NCBI GenBank assembly: GCA_021324115.1
Contig: JAJPJS010000022.1
Coordinates: 35,370 to 59,369, forward strand
Direction: 5' to 3'
Source: Nitrososphaerota archaeon
GTDB taxonomy: Archaea > Thermoproteota > Nitrososphaeria > Conexivisphaerales > DTJL01
DNA length: 24,000 bases
The position numbers and the translations under genes are program-made. Under the pieces are notes generated by a model. The model ran no database searches. It saw only the letters and a list, made by a program, of their open reading frames with translations, and was not told the DNA's origin. Of this stretch, positions 18,222 through 24,000 are shown one piece after another. How positions within the stretch are numbered: the first letter of the stretch is position 1; each line of letters begins with the position of its first letter.

Positions 18222-19055
18222 GTGGTCGAAATGGACAAAGTTGAACATTTCAGGTCGCTTCACCATTCCGGTAAGATCCTTATACTTCCAAACGCGTGGG
18301 ATGTTCCGACGGCGAAACTCTTTCAAGACGAAGGATTCAAAGCGGTGGCGACTACAAGCGCGGGAATGACGGTCTCTCTGGGCTATGAAGATGGTGAAGA
18401 TATACCAAGGGAGCAATTTTTATCTGCAGTTAAGAGGATTTCAAACGTTCTTACCGTCCCCCTGAGCGTAGACCTGGTGGCAGGATTCGGGAGAAGCGAG
18501 AAGGAAGTCGTTACAACCGTAAAGGCGGTTGCAAACACCGGTGTTGCTGGTATCAACATTGAAGATTTTGAGCATGCAACCAAAAGGCTGTTTAGCATAG
18601 AGGAACAGGTCCAGAAAATAAAGGGGATAAAAAGAATGGGTATCGATATCTTCGTGAATGCGAGGACCGATGCGTTGAGATATGCTCCTGGAACCGAGGC
18701 CGATAAATTCAGGGAAGCGTTGGCAAGAGGGGAGGCCTACAGAGATGCGGGAGCCGACTGCATCTACCCGATGGGTTTAATTGACAAACAACAAATTGCA
18801 AGCTATGTTGATAAACTTGACTTTCCCATCAACGTGATGCTGCGAAAGGGCTTACCTAGCATCAGGGAACTTGAAGAGCTGCACGTGGCGAGGTTGAGTT
18901 TCGGACCTACCGCGATATATGCTGTTATGGGATTTCTGAAGAGAGCGTCTAGGCAGATTCTACAGGAAAGAAGGTATGATATCTTACTTGAAGGGGGAAT
19001 AGACTATGAGGAGCTCAACAGTCTCGCAAAAAGGAAGTCTTCCCCCCTCAGCTAA
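18222..19055 (+). CDS. Isocitrate lyase / PEP mutase superfamily protein
   Basis: LPNAWDVPTAKLFQDEGFKAVATTSAGM...GVAGINIEDFEHA...IFVNARTDALRY is the ICL/PEPM family pattern. Confidence 0.9.
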   Translation: MVEMDKVEHFRSLHHSGKILILPNAWDVPTAKLFQDEGFKAVATTSAGMTVSLGYEDGEDIPREQFLSAVKRISNVLTVPLSVDLVAGFGRSEKEVVTTVKAVANTGVAGINIEDFEHATKRLFSIEEQVQKIKGIKRMGIDIFVNARTDALRYAPGTEADKFREALARGEAYRDAGADCIYPMGLIDKQQIASYVDKLDFPINVMLRKGLPSIRELEELHVARLSFGPTAIYAVMGFLKRASRQILQERRYDILLEGGIDYEELNSLAKRKSSPLS

Positions 19056-20260
19056 AATCTGTCCGACCTTTTCTCTCTAGCAACCGCAACGAATACAAAA
19101 CCAAACAGTACTATAACTGCGCCAAAATAGAAGCCTCCAGCAAGTCCACCGGTGTAATCCGCCAGTACTCCCGTTATGAGCGGGGCCAGAATTGATGAAG
19201 ACATCGCAGCAACGTTCAGCAGCGAAAGGGCGCTTCCTATCTGTTCCTGCCCGATGAATTCCCCCACCCATGCGATCACTAGTGGGTCTAGGGTGAGCTT
19301 TCCAACCACGCCATAGGCGGCTATCGCGAGTATCACAGTTACCAGATTGGAGCCTATTGCCATGAGAAATATCGCGATCGAAGCAAGCGGAAGGATTGTC
19401 ATTGCGATTGCTTTCCTGCCCACTTTGTCTGAGACATGGCTTATGGCTATCGAGCTGGGTATCGCCACGGCAGAAAATATTGCGGTCGCTGCACCGCTGT
19501 AGAGAATGCCTAAACCCCTTGATTCCTGAAGATAGGTAGGGCCCCAGGTCAGAATTACCCAGTAGCCATATAGAGAACAGAACATCGCTGCACAGAGCAT
19601 CGCAAAACTTCTATTTTTGAGAAGTTTGATGTAAATGCTCCGCATCTCTGCACTTTTGCCCTCTGGATGGGGCGGTTCTTCCGTTGCCCTTTTCAGCGCA
19701 TAGGCAACTATCAAAGTCGGTACCGACAACAGAATCAGCATCATCTGCCAGCTGTCAAATAGCTTCAGCACGGGACCCGCCAAAAGAAGACCGGCGATCG
19801 TGCCGAACCCCATGCCTGAATTGATAAGGGAAGCTGTAAGTCCCCTTCTTTGGCTCGGAAGAACGCTTGATATCCTGTAGGCCGTGGGATAATACGCCCC
19901 AGCACCTGCTCCATGGAGGCCCATGAAAAGGACCAACAGAAGATAGCTGTATCCCAGAGCCCCTGCAGCCAGCAGTGAAAGGGCCGCGAGCAGAAAGAAG
20001 TAGAACATTATCCTTCTGTACCCCCACCGTTCTGCGGCAATGGTAGCAGGAATGGTAAAGCCAACGTACGCAAGAAAATAGATGGATACAACAACAGAAA
20101 CCGAAGCGAAAGATAAGCCAAACTGCTGGCGTATCAGGTTTAAAACCGGAGAGATGCTCAACCTGTCTGCGTATATCATAACCCAGCCTGAGCTGAGGGC
20201 GATTATGGGCGTGATTATGCTGCGCATTTCCTTGTTTCCTTCGCCAAAGGAAGCGAACAT
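19052..20260 (-). CDS. Major facilitator superfamily transporter
   Basis: About 400 aa with many hydrophobic segments and an MFS loop 2-3-like motif, ERWGYRRIMFYFFLLAAL. Substrate unknown. Confidence 0.85.
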   Translation of the reverse strand: MFASFGEGNKEMRSIITPIIALSSGWVMIYADRLSISPVLNLIRQQFGLSFASVSVVVSIYFLAYVGFTIPATIAAERWGYRRIMFYFFLLAALSLLAAGALGYSYLLLVLFMGLHGAGAGAYYPTAYRISSVLPSQRRGLTASLINSGMGFGTIAGLLLAGPVLKLFDSWQMMLILLSVPTLIVAYALKRATEEPPHPEGKSAEMRSIYIKLLKNRSFAMLCAAMFCSLYGYWVILTWGPTYLQESRGLGILYSGAATAIFSAVAIPSSIAISHVSDKVGRKAIAMTILPLASIAIFLMAIGSNLVTVILAIAAYGVVGKLTLDPLVIAWVGEFIGQEQIGSALSLLNVAAMSSSILAPLITGVLADYTGGLAGGFYFGAVIVLFGFVFVAVAREKRSDRF

Positions 20261-20474
20261 CTAGAAGAGGCCGCGGTAATGACTCTAAAGATGTTTTGGG
20301 TTGAAATCGAGTAGCAGGTTTAAAGAAGAAGTGCTGAGGCCTATAACATAATGATATAGAAATAGAAACAAAATGGTAAGCTGGTTGGAAAGCGGTCCCC
20401 CAAATAAGAAACGAGTCCACTCGTGCGTTCGAATATTGAACCCAACTTCGGGTTCTGGATCTCACAGGCTCGTT

Positions 20475-20652
20475 TTGAAGGACAAAACGGAAGGCCGCGA
20501 CGTTCAATATCCATTCATAAAGCAGGGATGTAATAGACTGCAACATGTCTGGAGGTGGCTGTACGTACTTTGTTACATGCACAACGAGATGAGTGACAGA
20601 ATCGGGTTCAATGGACAACTGAACCTGATGGAGGTTGTCGCATAAGTTAACA
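20475..20652 (+). pseudogene. 3' remnant of an IS6/IS240-like DDE transposase (copy 1)
   Basis: tgaaggacaaaacggaaggccgcgacg...HVWRWLYVLCYMHNEM aligns with the 3' part of the copy at 21876-22546, including a 25-nt exact match (20543-20567 = 22436-22460). Confidence 0.75.
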
Positions 20653-20674
20653 ACGCCGACCCGCGACAAGACAG

Positions 20675-20682
20675 GTATAAAT
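20675..20682 (+). promoter_or_regulatory. TATA box upstream of ATPase gene 1
   Basis: TATAAATA directly abuts the first tandem palindrome. The expected TSS about 25 nt downstream falls inside the second palindrome. Confidence 0.6.
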
Positions 20683-20719
20683 ACTTCTGGGGGTAGAAGT
20701 AACTTCGGGGGGTAGAAGT
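20683..20719 (+). repeat. Two tandem 18-nt inverted repeats, 19-bp period, overlapping the start of ATPase 1
   Basis: ACTTCTGGGGGTAGAAGT (20683-20700) and ACTTCGGGGGGTAGAAGT (20702-20719). The GTG start is at 20718. Confidence 0.85.
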
Positions 20720-21803
20720 GCTCTTCGATCCGTCACCGAAAGAGTCTAGGAAGGACTTCTTCGACAGGGAAAAGGAGATCGAGCAGCTGGAATCGCTGAA
20801 GTCGAGGGTTGTTCTCATACTGGGTCTAAGGAGGACGGGCAAGTCGTCGTTGGTGAAGATAGTGCTCAACGACCTCAACTTGCCATACGTCTACATCGAC
20901 CTGAGGAGGTTTGAAGAGATGCCCAATATGACTTACCGTGATCTCATCAGGGAGACAGAAAGAGAAGTAAACCGTTTGAAGTATAGGTACCCTGGCATCG
21001 TTAATTTCCTTAGAGGTCTGAAAGGTGTAGGGGTTATGGGAAACGAGGTTAGGTTTTCCTGGGGGAAGGACAGACTATCTTTCTCGGACCTGCTCGTTTC
21101 TTTAAACGACTGGGCCGAGGATAAGGTGCTGGTGGTGATAGATGAGGCTCAAGAGCTCGGGAAACTCAGAGGGGTCGACCTCCTTCCCTCCTTTGCCTAC
21201 TCCTACGACAATCTCAAGAAGGTTAAGATAGTCCTGACGGGGTCTGAAATGGGATTGCTCCATCGCTACCTAAAGACCAAGGACCCAGACAGCCCTCTGT
21301 TTGGGAGGGCAATGTCAGAGGTGCAACTGAAACCTTTTAGGAGGAATGAGGCGATCGATTTTCTAAAAAGGGGCTTCGAGGAGCAGCGGGTACAGTTTAG
21401 GGAATACGAGATGGTTTACGAAGAGATAGGCGGCATACCAGGTTGGCTAACCTACTTCGGCTTCACCTACACCGAGAGCAGAGACCTCGAAAGGTCGTTA
21501 AAGAAGACTCTGGACCATGCTAAGAAGCTGGTGTTGAAAGAGTTTGAGAACTTTCTCGTCGACAAGCAAACTGCGAGTAAGAGGTACTACACAGTGATGA
21601 GAGTCATGGCGGGGTGTGGTACGTGGAGCGAGGTAAAGAGGTCGCTCGAAGCCCAAGAGGGAGTCAGAATATCGGACTCTACATTGTACAATTATTTGAC
21701 TCACTTGGCGGATTCGTCGTGGATAGTTAAGGAAAAGGGTCTCTATTGCCCTACGGACCCTCTGATTAAAATTGCGTTCAAAGAACGGGCTCAGTTAACC
21801 TAA
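20718..21803 (+). CDS. Archaeal AAA/STAND ATPase (Pfam Arch_ATPase-like) with C-terminal winged-helix-like region, copy 1
   Basis: Walker A GLRRTGKSS, Walker B VLVVIDEAQEL, LTGSEMGLL, and C-terminal SEVKRSLEAQEGVRISDSTLYNYLTHLADSSWI. Confidence 0.88.
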   Translation: MLFDPSPKESRKDFFDREKEIEQLESLKSRVVLILGLRRTGKSSLVKIVLNDLNLPYVYIDLRRFEEMPNMTYRDLIRETEREVNRLKYRYPGIVNFLRGLKGVGVMGNEVRFSWGKDRLSFSDLLVSLNDWAEDKVLVVIDEAQELGKLRGVDLLPSFAYSYDNLKKVKIVLTGSEMGLLHRYLKTKDPDSPLFGRAMSEVQLKPFRRNEAIDFLKRGFEEQRVQFREYEMVYEEIGGIPGWLTYFGFTYTESRDLERSLKKTLDHAKKLVLKEFENFLVDKQTASKRYYTVMRVMAGCGTWSEVKRSLEAQEGVRISDSTLYNYLTHLADSSWIVKEKGLYCPTDPLIKIAFKERAQLT

Positions 21804-21856
21804 GCCCCTTTTTGAGTCGGTTGTCTATCTGATTTCGCTCAATTACAAACACTGAC

Positions 21857-21908
21857 GGGACGCATCCAATCCCTCATGGTGGTACTCAAAAGAGAAAGGA
21901 TGCGTCCC
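21857..21908 (+). repeat. 11-bp perfect inverted repeat at the left part of IS copy 2
   Basis: GGGACGCATCC (21857-21867) and GGATGCGTCCC (21898-21908), 30-nt spacer. Confidence 0.7.
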
Positions 21909-22546
21909 GAGGACATATTGTACGGTCTGGACCTGTACTGACAGGACCCGAGTTTAAAGCATGTGGCATACGACTTCGATAGACCCGATTGCTAAAAGAA
22001 GTCATGTAACAGTATGGAAGTGGGTACAGATACTTGGTAAGGACGCCGTAATCTGCAGATGCAGGGTAACCGCATTCCTGGTGGATGAGACATATGTTAG
22101 GATGAGTACAAACGAGGCGCGGGTGTGGATTGCCATAGAGCCTATTCACAGGTACATCCTTGGGGTGTACCTGTCAAGGTTTAGGAATATATGGTTGCTG
22201 AATTCTTTCTAAGAACTCTTGTCAGGATGTACGGAAGGCACATAGTGTACACAGATGAAGGTGTAGTATGGTATCCGGACGCATGTAATTTGCTAGGGTT
22301 GGAACACAGGATTCATACCCCATACGAGAAGAGCGTTACAGAAAGCGCGAACCAATCAATCAATCAATTTATGAAGGACAGGACGGAAGGCTTCGACGAT
22401 CATTATCCCTGCAGGAAGCATGGATGTGACCTGTCACATGTCTGGAGGTGGCTGTACGTATTCTGTTTCATGTACAACGAGATGATGAGGAATAGAATCA
22501 GGTTCAATTGACTACTGAACCTGTTGGAGGCGGTCACAAGTTAACA
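21876..22546 (+). pseudogene. Decayed IS6/IS240-like DDE transposase (copy 2)
   Basis: Fragments read in shifting frames: LKRERMRPEDILYGLDLY* (TGA 21939-21941), then AKRSHVTVWKWVQ...VTAFLVDETYVR...AIEPIHRYILGVYLSR, then a frameshift near 22187-22192 to VAEFFLRTLVRMYGRHIVYTDEG..HRIHTPYEKSV...DRTEGFDDHYPC. Confidence 0.85.
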
Positions 22547-22573
22547 GAGCCGTGCGATAGGAAGTAACGCTTA

Positions 22574-22609
22574 ACTACCACGGTGGTAGTGAACTACCAC
22601 GGTGGTAGT
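22574..22609 (+). repeat. Two tandem 17-nt palindromes, 19-bp period, abutting the ATG of ATPase 2
   Basis: ACTACCACGGTGGTAGT at 22574-22590 and again at 22593-22609. ATG is at 22610. Confidence 0.95.
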
Positions 22610-23671
22610 ATGATCTTCTCACCGGAGCCAAAGAAGAGAATTGAAGACCTCTTTGGTAGAAATGACGAACTAAAAGAACTGGATAAGCTTGTTAGGAAGA
22701 ACAGAATTATTCTCGTAACAGGTATGAGGAGAATCGGAAAAACATCTCTTGTAAATGTGTATCTAAACAAATTCGTAAAGCAACGGTTTGCACTCGTTGA
22801 CGTAAGAACCTCTGGCAAATCATTCAATGGAATATTCCAAGTTTTCGATGATGTGTTACACCAGCTTGATAGTTGGATTAACATCAAGGATATGTTGAAG
22901 GGAGTCACGGGGGTAACTGTCTTTGGTTCTGGAATATCGTTAAGCTGGAAGGAAAATAGTAGGGCTAACTTGGGAGAAATCTTTGATACGATAAACAAGA
23001 CCGGAAAGAAGTTCCTCGTGGTTCTGGACGAGGCGCAGCGGCTCAGAGGAAACCTATCATACGTTATTCTTGACCTGCTTGCTCACTGCTACGACTACTG
23101 TGACAACATCAAGTTCATCATTACAGGCTCTGAAGCGGGAGTACTCCGAGATTTTATCAGAATAGATGATTCGCAATCGTCTCTCTTTGGAAGACATATT
23201 CCAGAGCTAAGGCTTGATGGTTTTAGCAGGGAAAAGTCCAGGGAATTTCTTATCAGGGGCTTTGGGGAGGCAGGGCTAAAATTCAAACAGGATGTTATCG
23301 AAAAATCCTTTGATTATCTTGACGGTGTTGCTGGCTGGCTCAACGAGTTTGGTCTAAGGTGTATCGAAAAGGGCACGGTTACAGAGAGTATTCTTTCAGA
23401 TGTCTTTGAAAATGCAGTAAAACTGGAGATCGAAGAAGTATCCAGGTTCTCAACCAATTATATTCTAGTGCTAGAAGCATTGGGACAGGGAAGAACAAGA
23501 TGGAGCAGAATAAGAAACTACTTGGAAGGTAAACTCCAGAGAACGGTAAACGATTCCGAGGTTCAAAGATATCTCGAGAAGATGATAAAGAGAGGATATG
23601 TAGAAAAGAGAAATGATGAATACCTCATACTAGACCCAGTTCTCATAAGGTATTTCTCAAAGGAAACATGA
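22610..23671 (+). CDS. Archaeal AAA/STAND ATPase (Arch_ATPase-like), copy 2
   Basis: MIFSPEPKKRIEDLFGRNDEL matches MLFDPSPKESRKDFFDREKEI of copy 1. Walker A GMRRIGKTS, Walker B FLVVLDEAQRL, ITGSEAGVL. ATG 22610 is preferred over GTG 22583 by paralog alignment. Confidence 0.88.
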   Translation: MIFSPEPKKRIEDLFGRNDELKELDKLVRKNRIILVTGMRRIGKTSLVNVYLNKFVKQRFALVDVRTSGKSFNGIFQVFDDVLHQLDSWINIKDMLKGVTGVTVFGSGISLSWKENSRANLGEIFDTINKTGKKFLVVLDEAQRLRGNLSYVILDLLAHCYDYCDNIKFIITGSEAGVLRDFIRIDDSQSSLFGRHIPELRLDGFSREKSREFLIRGFGEAGLKFKQDVIEKSFDYLDGVAGWLNEFGLRCIEKGTVTESILSDVFENAVKLEIEEVSRFSTNYILVLEALGQGRTRWSRIRNYLEGKLQRTVNDSEVQRYLEKMIKRGYVEKRNDEYLILDPVLIRYFSKET

Positions 23672-23839
23672 TAAACACGATCATAGACGAACGCGGGCCA
23701 AGGTACTTTATCCTTGGGTTACAGGTTGTCGCTTAATTCCTTTAATCCATAACGTCATCTTATCTTGATTCAATCAATCATGAACGTAGTTAGGGTGTGG
23801 GCTCCGATGACGTTTGAGCACACACCGGAAAAGAGAAGG

Positions 23840-24000
23840 ATACTGGAGAGTATACCATCTCACCCACACCCGTGAACGGGATGAACTGGTAAGAGATATA
23901 GTTACGCTTGTCAGGGAGAATGAACCTCCTCGTAGACAAAGGAGGACAAAGAGGGGAAGAAAGAAAGTCCATTCCTGGCAGAAGCTAATCTGCATCTGCC
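23840..24000 (+). mobile_element. Possible 5' part of another transposase, running off the window
   Basis: An open frame reads ...KREGYWRVYHLTHTRERDELVRDIVTLVRENEPPRRQRRTKRGRKKVHSWQKLICIC with no stop to the window end. The basic linker and C-rich helix resemble IS transposases; family not assigned. Confidence 0.45.

Noticed and set aside
18069-18416. 115-aa minus-strand ORF
   Set aside because: Overlaps the promoter and 5' end of the PEP mutase-family gene, no recognised motif.
20438-20455. GAACCC-AACTTC-GGGTTC hairpin, considered as a tRNA fragment or terminator
   Set aside because: Only a 6-bp stem with no T-tract and no other tRNA arms; unsupported.
20373-20645. Full 90-aa ORF as an intact gene
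   Set aside because: Only the part from about 20475 resembles the transposase; the start is unrelated sequence fused to a remnant.
1-24000. CRISPR array, Cas genes or rRNA genes
   Set aside because: No regularly spaced direct repeats, cas-like proteins or conserved rRNA segments were seen.

Overview
The window is archaeal chromosome, probably from a Thermoplasmata-like euryarchaeote (lineage is an inference from gene content). The left two thirds is dense core genome: a replication/translation cluster (priS, gins51, rpl44e, rps27e, aIF2-alpha and a short nop10 missing from the ORF track), aglB, gcvTH, cofE, two divergent DUF72 genes, metG, a DUF151 protein, trxB and Y-family polymerase dinB. 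A tRNA-Leu(UAG) follows; it appears to carry a 16-nt non-canonical intron in the anticodon stem, with a good bulge-helix-bulge. Next comes a degraded accessory stretch with a vapBC-like pair whose toxin has an in-frame TAG, plus about 0.8 kb with no convincing gene. An arsR-acr3-arsC operon, a PEP-mutase/ICL-family gene and an MFS transporter precede a right-hand mobile region. That region holds two copies of a repeated arrangement: transposase 3' end, about 65 bp, two tandem palindromes with 19-bp period abutting the start codon, then an archaeal AAA/STAND ATPase. The palindrome sequence differs between copies while the architecture is kept. This is the most interesting candidate for an undescribed system or regulatory scheme. 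All calls come from reading the sequence; no database searches or folding calculations were run.
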